Source: Candidatus Saccharimonadota bacterium
GTDB taxonomy: Bacteria; Bacteroidota; Bacteroidia; Flavobacteriales; Blattabacteriaceae
DNA length: 32,000 bases
Direction of reading: 5' to 3'
NCBI RefSeq assembly: GCF_014251775.1
Contig: NZ_CP059199.1
Span: 150,001-182,000, forward strand
Positions 18,383 through 26,668 of this stretch are shown one piece after another. How positions within the stretch are numbered: the first letter of the stretch is position 1; the number at the start of each line of letters is the position of its first letter. The notes beneath the pieces were generated by a model that was not told where the DNA came from, searched no databases, and was given only the letters and a program-made list of their open reading frames with translations. Position numbers and translations under genes: made by a program.

Positions 18383-19204
18383 TTATACGGATATATTATG
18401 TGTTCTTAACGCATCATTTAATGAAGTTTTTTTATTGGTGCTTTCTTTTCTTTTTCCTATTATTAAAGCACATGGAACATAAAATTTTCCTGCAGGAAAA
18501 TTTTTAGGATAAGATCCCGGAATAACTACTGAATTTTCAGGAATTACTCCTTTTATTTCAACAGGTAGATTATTATTAGTCACATCAAAAATTTTAGTGG
18601 ATGTAGTTAAAACTACATTAGCTCCTAATACAGCACCTTTTTTTATAAGCACACCTTCAACCAGAATACACCTAGAACCTATAAAAACGTCATCTTCAAT
18701 TATCACTGGATTAGCTTGTACAGGTTCTAAAACACCTCCTATGCCTACTCCCCCACTTATATGTACTTTTTTTCCGACTTGAGCACAACTACCTACTGTT
18801 GCCCATGTATCTATCATAGTGCCTTCTCCAATATATGAACCTATATTAACGTAAGAAGGCATTAAAACTACTCCAGGGGCTATATACGAACCATAACGAG
18901 CTATAGCATGAGGGACTACTCTGACACCCTTTTCTTTAAATTTTTTTTTTATGGGGATTTTATCATAAAATTCAAACGGTCCAAATTTAATTTTATTCAT
19001 TTTTTTGACTGTAAAAAACATTATTATAGCTTTTTTTATCCATTCATTAACTATCCATTTTTCATCTAAAAATTCGCATACTCTAATCTTACCATTTTCT
19101 ATATGATCAATTACTTCTATAATTGATTGTTTTATATTTTGATCAATTGACCATATATCTTTTTTATTCCATGAATTTTCTATTTTTAACTTTAATTTAT
19201 TCAC
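18383..19204 (-). CDS. dapD: 2,3,4,5-tetrahydropyridine-2,6-dicarboxylate N-succinyltransferase
   Basis: 273 aa. Left-handed beta-helix hexapeptide repeats (GTMIDTWATVGSCAQVGKKVHISGGVGIGGVLEP...) and an N-terminal helical domain typical of DapD. Confidence 0.9.
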   Translation of the reverse strand: MNKLKLKIENSWNKKDIWSIDQNIKQSIIEVIDHIENGKIRVCEFLDEKWIVNEWIKKAIIMFFTVKKMNKIKFGPFEFYDKIPIKKKFKEKGVRVVPHAIARYGSYIAPGVVLMPSYVNIGSYIGEGTMIDTWATVGSCAQVGKKVHISGGVGIGGVLEPVQANPVIIEDDVFIGSRCILVEGVLIKKGAVLGANVVLTTSTKIFDVTNNNLPVEIKGVIPENSVVIPGSYPKNFPAGKFYVPCALIIGKRKESTNKKTSLNDALRTHNISV

Positions 19205-19215
19205 TTTTTTCTATA

Positions 19216-19223
19216 TAAATTTG
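19216..19223 (+). promoter_or_regulatory. Candidate -7 box (TAAATTTG) upstream of ruvX-def
   Basis: The plus strand reads TAAATTTG. There are 36 nt to the ruvX ATG at 19260. It lies in the divergent dapD/ruvX spacer. Confidence 0.3.
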
Positions 19224-19259
19224 ATATATGAATTAAATATAATAAAAATATTATAATAG

Positions 19260-19691
19260 ATGGGAAAAATATTAGGAATAGATTATGGAATAATTATTAC
19301 TGGATTATCCATAACGGATCAAAATAAAATATTTGCATTTGGATTAGACGCTATTCCAACTAAAAAATTAATGATATATTTAGAATCAATAATTTATAAA
19401 GAAGAAATTGAAAAATTAATAGTAGGATTACCAAAAAAATTAAATAATAATCTTGAATTTTTTTTAGAAAAAAAAATTCAAGATTTTTTGGCTGTTTTTT
19501 GCAAAAAATATCCAAAAGTATCAATAATAAGAATAGATGAACGTTTTACTTCTAAATTATCTTTTTATTATATGATATCATCTGGGCTAAAAAAAAATAA
19601 GAGAAAAAAAAAAATTTTAAATAAAATTAGTGCCACTATAATTTTACAGTCTTATCTTAGAAAGATTACATTAAAAAATAAAAATTTATAG
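19260..19691 (+). CDS. ruvX: Holliday-junction resolvase-like / pre-16S rRNA nuclease YqgF
   Basis: 143 aa. Motifs ILGIDYG...GLSITD, IVGLPKKLNN, IDERFTS. Confidence 0.85.
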   Translation: MGKILGIDYGIIITGLSITDQNKIFAFGLDAIPTKKLMIYLESIIYKEEIEKLIVGLPKKLNNNLEFFLEKKIQDFLAVFCKKYPKVSIIRIDERFTSKLSFYYMISSGLKKNKRKKKILNKISATIILQSYLRKITLKNKNL

Positions 19692-19704
19692 ATTATAATA
19701 TAAA

Positions 19705-20232
19705 ATGATATTACCTATAATATTTTATGGGAACCCTATTTTAAGGAAAAAGAATTTAGATATAGATGCTATATTATATAAAAAAGAAATTAACCAATTG
19801 ATAAAAGATATGTTTGAAACTATCCATCAGGTAAAAGGATTAGGATTAGCAGCTCCACAAATAGGAAAAAATATAAGAATTTTTATAGTAGATATTCCAT
19901 TTATTATTGGAAAAAAAGTTAAAAATTATAAAGAAGTATTTATTAATGCAAAAATAATAAAACTTTATGGAAAAGAGTATTTTTTTAATGAAGGATGTCT
20001 AAGCTTTCCGGGAATTAATAGTTATATAAAAAGAAAATCTAATGTATTAATTGAATATTATAATAACAATCTAGAAAAAAAAAAAAAAATATTTACTGGA
20101 ATCTGTGCCAGAGTTATATTACATGAATATGATCATATAGAAGGAAAACTTTTTATTGATTACTTATCAAAAAGAAAAAAAAAGTTAATAGAAAAAAAAT
20201 TATCTTCTATAAAGAATATGAATAGTGAATAA
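19705..20232 (+). CDS. def: Peptide deformylase
   Basis: 175 aa. All three motifs are present: GLAAPQIG, EGCLSFPG, HEYDHIEG. Contains an in-frame A15 run. Confidence 0.95.
   Translation: MILPIIFYGNPILRKKNLDIDAILYKKEINQLIKDMFETIHQVKGLGLAAPQIGKNIRIFIVDIPFIIGKKVKNYKEVFINAKIIKLYGKEYFFNEGCLSFPGINSYIKRKSNVLIEYYNNNLEKKKKIFTGICARVILHEYDHIEGKLFIDYLSKRKKKLIEKKLSSIKNMNSE
20075..20089 (+). repeat. A15 homopolymer inside the def coding sequence
   Basis: Counted directly: GAA AAA AAA AAA AAA ATA encodes E-K-K-K-K-I, in frame. Confidence 0.95.
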
Positions 20233-20234
20233 AA

Positions 20235-20579
20235 TTAATAAATAAAATCTATTAATTTCTTAAGAGTACTTGGATCATTATATGAAATATCAGATAATAC
20301 TTTTCTATTAATTTTAATATTTTTTTTATATAATTTATTAATAAAATCAGAATAAGATTTTCCATATTGACGGACTCCTGCATTTATACGTTGAATCCAA
20401 AGAGATCTAAAATCTCTTTTTCTTTTTTTTCTACCTGAAAAAGCATACAAAAAGGATTTCTCTACTGCATTTTTCGCAACAGTATAAACTTTACTTCTTG
20501 CACCATGAAATCCTTTAGCTAATTTTAAAATTTTCTTTCTTCTTCTTCTAGAAGCAACTGCATTTGTAGATCTTGGCAT
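20235..20579 (-). CDS. rplT: 50S ribosomal protein L20
   Basis: 114 aa. Motifs MPRSTNAVASRRRRKKILKLAKGFHGARS and LWIQRINAG. Confidence 0.97.
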   Translation of the reverse strand: MPRSTNAVASRRRRKKILKLAKGFHGARSKVYTVAKNAVEKSFLYAFSGRKKRKRDFRSLWIQRINAGVRQYGKSYSDFINKLYKKNIKINRKVLSDISYNDPSTLKKLIDFIY

Positions 20580-20581
20580 AA

Positions 20582-20770
20582 TTATATTTGTTTCTTAATA
20601 TTTTTAAAATCAGATTTCTTTAGTAAAGAAAACTTATTAAGATGACGTTTTCTTTTTTTAGATTTTTTCGTAAGTAAATGGCTTTTAAATGAATGTTTTT
20701 TTTTTATAAAACCACTACATGTTTTTTTAAATCTTTTTTTTGATCCTGATTTTGTTTTTAATTTTGGCAT
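20582..20770 (-). CDS. rpmI: 50S ribosomal protein L35
   Basis: 62 aa. Starts [17 protein letters not shown]. Sits between infC and rplT as in the conserved operon. Confidence 0.95.
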   Translation of the reverse strand: MPKLKTKSGSKKRFKKTCSGFIKKKHSFKSHLLTKKSKKRKRHLNKFSLLKKSDFKNIKKQI

Positions 20771-20779
20771 TGGAATAAT

Positions 20780-21340
20780 TTATTTTGTAATAATTTTTTT
20801 TGGAGCTATAATCATATACATCCTTTTTCCTTCCATAACTGGCATCTGTTCTACTTTTCCATATTCTTCTATTTCTTCAGCAAATTTTAATAATTTAATT
20901 TTTCCTTGTTCTTTATAAACTATAGAACGACCTTTAAAAAAAACAAATACCTTTACTTTATCTCCTCGCATTAAAAATTTTTCTGCACTTTTTATTTTAA
21001 CTTTACCATCATGATCACCTATTTGAGGGCCAAATCGGATTTCTTTAGTATTTACCTTTGTTTGTTTAGATTTAAATTGTTTTTTCTTTTTTTTTTGTTC
21101 GTATAAATATTTTTTATAATCTAGTATCTTACATACTGGAGGTTTTAATTTAGGATTAATCTCAACTAAATCTAAACCTATATTTTCAGCAATAGATAAT
21201 ATATCTTTTGTAGAATATATTCCATTTTTAATAGAGGAATCACCAACTAAACGAATTATATCCGAATTAATATTATTATTAATACGATGAATATTTCTTT
21301 TTTTATATATTGGTCGATATACTTTCCTTTTCTTATTTAT
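20780..21340 (-). CDS. infC: Translation initiation factor IF-3 with a non-canonical start; 5' end uncertain (candidates 21292-21382)
   Basis: My manual translation of the frame upstream of the 63-aa track ORF gives HRINNNINSDIIRLVGD...LDLVEINPKLKPPVCKILDYKKYLYEQ...KEIRFGPQIGDHDGKVKIKSAEKFLMRGDKVKVFVFFKGRSIVYKEQG...MPVMEGKRMYMIIAPK. The frame is open back to a TAA at 21392-21394 and has no ATG, GTG or TTG. ATA at 21340 is chosen only by N-terminal length analogy. Confidence 0.85.
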   Translation of the reverse strand: MNKKRKVYRPIYKKRNIHRINNNINSDIIRLVGDSSIKNGIYSTKDILSIAENIGLDLVEINPKLKPPVCKILDYKKYLYEQKKKKKQFKSKQTKVNTKEIRFGPQIGDHDGKVKIKSAEKFLMRGDKVKVFVFFKGRSIVYKEQGKIKLLKFAEEIEEYGKVEQMPVMEGKRMYMIIAPKKIITK

Positions 21341-21374
21341 CCTCGAATATTTTTTTTTTATAGTATTAAAAAGT

Positions 21375-22622
21375 TTAAAAATTGATTTTACTTAAAATAT
21401 TTTTAATTCCATCAATATAAGAAAATTTTCCTATATGTCCTATACCATGACACCTCAATGAGATAGATTTTTCTCTTTCTTCTTTTTCTCCTAAAATAAT
21501 CATATAAGGTATTTTTTTATTTTCAGAATCTCTAATTCTTTTATTAATTTTTTCATTTCTATTATCAATAAAAACTCTAATATCATTATTTAACATTAAA
21601 TTTAAAATTTTTTTTGCATATATTATATATTTATCACTAATAGGTAAAATTACTACTTGATCTGGCACCATCCATAAAGGAAAATTTCCTTTAGTATGTT
21701 CTATCATTATTGCAATAATCCGTTCTAAAGAACCAAATGGGGCTCTATGAATCATTACAGGTCTATGTTTTTCATTATTTTTTCCTCTGTAATAAAGATC
21801 AAATCTTTCGGGTAAATTATAATCTAATTGAATAGTTCCTAGTTGCCAGTCTCTTCCTAAAGAATCTTTTATTAAAAAATCCAATTTAGGTCCATAAAAT
21901 GCTGCTTCTCCATAATGAATAGTAGCTTTTATATTTTCTTCTTTAACTAATTTAAGAATTATTTTTTCTGCTTTTTCCCAATTCTCTTTAGATCCTATAT
22001 AATCATGATTATTATTAGGATCTTTTAAAGAAATCCTAACTTTATATTCCAAAAAACCTAAACATTGAAATATATAAAATACTAAGTTTATAACTTTTTT
22101 AAATTCTTTTGATAATTGATCATACGTACAAAAAATATGTGCATCATCTTGAGTAAAAGCTCTAACTCGAGTTAACCCATGAAGTTCGCCACTTTTTTCG
22201 TATCTATACACAGTTCCAAATTCAGCAAAACGTTTAGGCAAGTCCCGATAAGACCATTCTTGAGATCGAAAAATTTCACAATGATGAGGACAATTCATAG
22301 GTTTTAATACAAATTCTTCTTTATTACGAGGTGTTTCAATAGGCTTAAAGCTATCTTTTCCATATTTATTCCAATGTCCACTTTGGATATACAATTTTTT
22401 ATTTCCAATATGTGGAGTAATTACCATTTCATATCCTGATTTTTTTTGTATATCAATTAAAAATTTTTCTAAATTACTTCTAATTATAGTTCCTTTTGGT
22501 AACCATAATGGTAATCCAGCGCCTACATTATTAGAAAAAGTAAATAATTTTAAATTTTTACCTATTATTCTGTGATCTCTATCTGAATGAATCCATTTAT
22601 TATTATTTTCATTCATATACAA
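21375..22622 (-). CDS. thrS: Threonyl-tRNA synthetase, catalytic core plus anticodon-binding domain only (no TGS or editing domains)
   Basis: 415 aa. RDHR lies at residues 15-18. Also PMNCPHH, FAEFGTVYRYEKSGELHGLTRVRAFTQDDAHIF, GEAAFYGPKLDF, MIHRAPFGSLER, and a C-terminal anticodon-binding domain. The thrS-infC-rpmI-rplT order is conserved. Confidence 0.93.
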   Translation of the reverse strand: MYMNENNNKWIHSDRDHRIIGKNLKLFTFSNNVGAGLPLWLPKGTIIRSNLEKFLIDIQKKSGYEMVITPHIGNKKLYIQSGHWNKYGKDSFKPIETPRNKEEFVLKPMNCPHHCEIFRSQEWSYRDLPKRFAEFGTVYRYEKSGELHGLTRVRAFTQDDAHIFCTYDQLSKEFKKVINLVFYIFQCLGFLEYKVRISLKDPNNNHDYIGSKENWEKAEKIILKLVKEENIKATIHYGEAAFYGPKLDFLIKDSLGRDWQLGTIQLDYNLPERFDLYYRGKNNEKHRPVMIHRAPFGSLERIIAIMIEHTKGNFPLWMVPDQVVILPISDKYIIYAKKILNLMLNNDIRVFIDNRNEKINKRIRDSENKKIPYMIILGEKEEREKSISLRCHGIGHIGKFSYIDGIKNILSKINF

Positions 22623-22630
22623 AAATTTAT

Positions 22631-23371
22631 TTATAAAAATAAATATAATTTTGCAGCTATTATACTACCTAAAATCGGACCTAAAATTGGTACCATTGCA
22701 TAATCCCAATTACTCCCTCCTTTTTTAGGGATAGGGACAATAGAATGAATGATTCTAGGTCCTAAATCTCTAGCCGGATTTATAGCAGGGCCAGTAACTC
22801 CTCCCAAAGATAGAATAATACCTAAAATTAATAAAGAATTCGGTAAATATCCTATAGAACCAATCCACATTGGAAATTTTTTATCTATAAATACTAAAAA
22901 TCCATTTGATCTAATAAAAAATGAAATAAAAATAAATACAAAAGTTGCTAAAACTTCGCTAAAAAAATTAGAAAAAAAATTTCTAATTCCAGGAATAGTA
23001 ACAAAAACAGATAATTTATCTTGTTCATTTTTTGTTAATGAAAAATAATCTTTATATAAAATCCATACCATTAAAGATCCTAGCATAGATCCAATTATTT
23101 GAGAAATAATATAATAGGGGACTACATTCCAATTAATTTTTCCAATTATCGCATAACTTAATGTTACACAAGGATTTAAATGTGCTCCACTATAAGGATC
23201 TGCCACTACTATTCCCATAAATACGGCTAAAGCCCATCCTATAGTAATAGTTAACCATTCGCCATTTTTTTCATTTCCTTTAGTTTTTGACAATACAACA
23301 TTAGCTACTACTCCATTACCTAAAAGCACTAAAATTGTTGTCCCTATAATTTCTGCATATATTTCTTTCAT
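22631..23371 (-). CDS. glpF: MIP-family glycerol uptake facilitator / aquaglyceroporin
   Basis: 246 aa with six predicted hydrophobic segments. Motifs SGAHLNPCVT (first box) and GPAINPARDLGPR (second box). Adjacent to glpK. Confidence 0.9.
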   Translation of the reverse strand: MKEIYAEIIGTTILVLLGNGVVANVVLSKTKGNEKNGEWLTITIGWALAVFMGIVVADPYSGAHLNPCVTLSYAIIGKINWNVVPYYIISQIIGSMLGSLMVWILYKDYFSLTKNEQDKLSVFVTIPGIRNFFSNFFSEVLATFVFIFISFFIRSNGFLVFIDKKFPMWIGSIGYLPNSLLILGIILSLGGVTGPAINPARDLGPRIIHSIVPIPKKGGSNWDYAMVPILGPILGSIIAAKLYLFL

Positions 23372-23401
23372 AAGAATTTAAAATATTTTTATTTACTTTT
23401 T

Positions 23402-24895
23402 TTATTGTAAAGACCATGCTCTAACTGTTTTAATTGCTTTTTCCCAACCTCTAATTCTATCCATACGATTTTCCATTTTTTTTGGATAAAAAACAATTTT
23501 ATTCATATTCCATTTACTTTTTATATCTTCTAAACTAGTCCAATAGTTTACCGCTAATCCTGATAAATATGCTGCACCAGCAGCGGTTAATTCTGATATT
23601 TTATATTTTACTACTTTTACATTTAAAATATCTGACTGAAACTGCATTAATAACTGATTTACTGTAGCACCTCCATCAACACGGAGTTCCTTAATAGGAA
23701 TTCCAGAATCAGCTTCCATAGCTTTAATTACATCCATATTTTGAAATGCAATACTTTCTAAAGCTGCACGAACAAAATGAGCTGATGTAGTTCCTCTTGT
23801 TATTCCCACAATAATTCCACGAGCTTTTTGATCCCAATATGGAGCCCCTAAACCTGAAAAAGCAGGAACTATATATAATCCTTCCGTATTTTTAACTAAA
23901 TTAGCTAATTCTTCGGATTGTTTAGAAGAAGATAATATTCCTAATCCATCTCTAAGCCACTGTACAACAGCGCCTGCAATAAAAACACTCCCTTCTAAAG
24001 CATATTGAACTTTATTTTTTATCTTCCAAGCTATGGTAGTAATTAAATTATTTCTAGAAAAAACTGGAATATCCCCTACATTCATTAACATAAAACATCC
24101 TGTACCATAAGTATTTTTAACCATACCAATTTTAGTACACATTTGACCAAAAAGAGAGGCTTGTTGATCACCTGCAATTCCAGAAATAGGAATTTTTTTT
24201 GATAAAATATTTCCAGTAGTATATCCAAATATTTCACTAGATGATTTAACTTCTGGTAACATAGATATTGGAATATTAAATAAATTAATCAATTCATTAT
24301 CCCAATTAAGAGAATGAATATTAAATAACATAGTTCTAGATGCATTTGTAACATCTGTGACATGTATTTTTTTACCGGTTAAATTCCATATTAGCCAAGA
24401 ATCTATAGTTCCAAAAGCTAAAGATCCTGAATAAGCTTTTTTTTTTGCTCCTGGAACATTATCTAATATCCATTTAATTTTAGTAGCAGAAAAATAAGGG
24501 TCTATTATAAGACCAGTTTTATTTCTAATCATTTTAGTTAATCCTTCTTTCTTAAGATAATCACAATATTGATACGTTCTTCTATCTTGCCATACTATAG
24601 CATTAAAAATGGGAATTCCTGTTTTTTTATCCCATATTACAGTAGTTTCTCTTTGATTTGTTATTCCTATAGATATAATGTTATCTCCACTTAAATTTGC
24701 TTTTAACATTGCTTCTAGTGCAACTGATGCTTGTGTAGACCAAATTTCTTCTGCATTATGTTCAACCCATCCAGGAGAAGGATATATTTGAGTGAACTCT
24801 CTTTGAGCTACTGAAATAATATTACCAATTTTATCGAAAATAATAGCTCTAGAACTAGTAGTTCCTTGATCTAAGGATAGGATATATTTTTTCAT
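23402..24895 (-). CDS. glpK: Glycerol kinase
   Basis: 497 aa. Motifs [50 protein letters not shown]. Confidence 0.97.
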   Translation of the reverse strand: MKKYILSLDQGTTSSRAIIFDKIGNIISVAQREFTQIYPSPGWVEHNAEEIWSTQASVALEAMLKANLSGDNIISIGITNQRETTVIWDKKTGIPIFNAIVWQDRRTYQYCDYLKKEGLTKMIRNKTGLIIDPYFSATKIKWILDNVPGAKKKAYSGSLAFGTIDSWLIWNLTGKKIHVTDVTNASRTMLFNIHSLNWDNELINLFNIPISMLPEVKSSSEIFGYTTGNILSKKIPISGIAGDQQASLFGQMCTKIGMVKNTYGTGCFMLMNVGDIPVFSRNNLITTIAWKIKNKVQYALEGSVFIAGAVVQWLRDGLGILSSSKQSEELANLVKNTEGLYIVPAFSGLGAPYWDQKARGIIVGITRGTTSAHFVRAALESIAFQNMDVIKAMEADSGIPIKELRVDGGATVNQLLMQFQSDILNVKVVKYKISELTAAGAAYLSGLAVNYWTSLEDIKSKWNMNKIVFYPKKMENRMDRIRGWEKAIKTVRAWSLQ

Positions 24896-24925
24896 AACAA
24901 AACAAAGAAATTTAAACTTCTTTTT

Positions 24926-26533
24926 CTATTGTTTATTTGATGAAGGATAATAGTATTTTCTCGCTAATCTAATAAAAGAGGTTACTTGCGATTTCTCCCA
25001 ATTCTTATCTTGAGAAAGTTCTTTAGACATTAAAGATGCTATTTTAGGTGCTATTTGTATTGCTTTTTTTGCATTTAAAAATAATAAACGGAATCTTCTC
25101 GCTAAAATATCTTCAATAGTTCTAGCCATTTCATAACGTACCATCCATACAACTTCAGCTTTCGTTAAACAAAATATATTATTTTTCGTAAAAATATTTT
25201 TTCCTAATGAAGGATATTTTTTTATTAAATCTTTAATATGATATTGATCTTCCCCGTATTTATCCCAATAAAAATTTTTATCATTGCTTAATGAGCAATG
25301 TGATCCATGAATTTTTAAATTTTTTGTTATGGAATAATTTTTATTTAAATGACCGATATCGATAGCTTTATTAATGGCATCTTCAGCCATTTTTCTATAT
25401 GTAGTCCATTTTCCACCTATAATACTAATTAATCCAGAATAACTAATTATAATTTTATGTGATCTAGAAATATCTTTAGTTTTAGTAGAATTATTATTAG
25501 GATAAAAAAGAGGACGAAGACCAGAAAAAGCACTCAATATATCACTTTTTTTAGGTTTTTTAATAAAATATTTTTCAAAAGTTTGTAAAATAAAATCTAT
25601 TTCTTCTTCTAATGGAATGGGATCCAAAATATTTTTATTATTCTTTAATTGAGTATCTGTAGTTCCTACTAAAACATGATCATACCATGGTATACAAAAT
25701 AGAATTCTACCATCTTTAGTTTTAGGAATTACTATAGAATCCTCACTGCTAAAAAAAGATTTACTTAATACAATATGAGTGCCCTGACTAGGTTTAATCA
25801 ATAAAGAACATTTAGGATTATCCATTTTAGAAATTGATTCAGAAAAAATACCAGTTGCGTTAATAACTACTTTCGATGAAAGAGAATATTCTTTTTTAGT
25901 TTCTATATCAACCGCTAATACTCCTGATATTTTTCCATTATTTTTTTTTAGTTCCTTAACCTGAAAATAATTTAATAAAACCCCCCCTTTTTTAACGCAA
26001 GTTTGTGCAAGATTAATAGATAAACGTGCATCATCAAATTGTCCATCATAATATAAAATTCCTCCTTTTAATCCATTATTTTTTATATCAGGAAAATTTT
26101 TTAAAACTTCATTTTTAGATAAAAAAATAGAGTTTCCAAAACTAAAAGAACCAGATAGCCATTCATACAATTTTAATCCTGTCCAATATAATATTCCCAT
26201 TTTCCAACTAAAAATAGGAATAATAAATTTTTTTTTCTTCACTAAATGAGGAGCATTTTTTAATAAATACCCCCTTTCTCGTAATGCTTCATATACTAAC
26301 TTTATATTTCCTTGGGCTAAATAACGGATTCCGCCATGAATTAATTTTGTACTACGACTAGAAGTCCCTTTAGAAAAATCAGATTGTTCTAAAAGAAGAG
26401 TTTTATAACCTCTCGAAGAAGAATCTAAAGCTATACCTATACCTGTGGCTCCACCACCAATAACAATAACATCCCAAATTAAAACATTTTTTAAAACGCT
26501 TAAAAATCTATCTCTATTTAAAAAATATTCCAT
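24926..26533 (-). CDS. glpD: FAD-dependent glycerol-3-phosphate dehydrogenase
   Basis: 535 aa. Dinucleotide fold DVIVIGGGATGIGIALD. Also STKLIHGGIRYL, GGKWTTYRKMAED, and a C-terminal helical domain. Confidence 0.92.
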   Translation of the reverse strand: MEYFLNRDRFLSVLKNVLIWDVIVIGGGATGIGIALDSSSRGYKTLLLEQSDFSKGTSSRSTKLIHGGIRYLAQGNIKLVYEALRERGYLLKNAPHLVKKKKFIIPIFSWKMGILYWTGLKLYEWLSGSFSFGNSIFLSKNEVLKNFPDIKNNGLKGGILYYDGQFDDARLSINLAQTCVKKGGVLLNYFQVKELKKNNGKISGVLAVDIETKKEYSLSSKVVINATGIFSESISKMDNPKCSLLIKPSQGTHIVLSKSFFSSEDSIVIPKTKDGRILFCIPWYDHVLVGTTDTQLKNNKNILDPIPLEEEIDFILQTFEKYFIKKPKKSDILSAFSGLRPLFYPNNNSTKTKDISRSHKIIISYSGLISIIGGKWTTYRKMAEDAINKAIDIGHLNKNYSITKNLKIHGSHCSLSNDKNFYWDKYGEDQYHIKDLIKKYPSLGKNIFTKNNIFCLTKAEVVWMVRYEMARTIEDILARRFRLLFLNAKKAIQIAPKIASLMSKELSQDKNWEKSQVTSFIRLARKYYYPSSNKQ

Positions 26534-26609
26534 GACATCATGATTTTTTTAAAATAGAAAATCCAAGCTTTACTATCATAATTAATTGATATATCTTAAT
26601 TAAAACCAA

Positions 26610-26617
26610 CAAAATTA
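26610..26617 (-). promoter_or_regulatory. Candidate -7 box (TAATTTTG) upstream of glpD
   Basis: The minus strand reads TAATTTTG inside the 135-bp ffh/glpD spacer, one of the two largest in the window. There are 76 nt to the glpD ATG at 26533. Confidence 0.28.
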
Positions 26618-26668
26618 AAGATATTTTCAATAAAAAAAAGTAAAATAAAAGTTTAATTCAAAAAAAAA

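Noticed and set aside
20780-20971. 63-aa ORF as a stand-alone small protein
   Set aside because: It is the C-terminal part of IF3. The frame continues upstream, encoding the rest of IF3 without a canonical start.
22749-23048. 99-aa plus-strand ORF inside glpF
   Set aside because: It is antisense to the conserved MIP-family frame, and it has no independent start context or spacer. It is a shadow ORF.
26534-26668. 135-bp spacer next to ffh as a possible SRP (4.5S) RNA or other ncRNA
   Set aside because: The sequence is almost pure A/T. It has no GC-rich helix or the conserved SRP domain IV motifs, and I could see no stable hairpin. It is more likely promoter or leader sequence for glpD.
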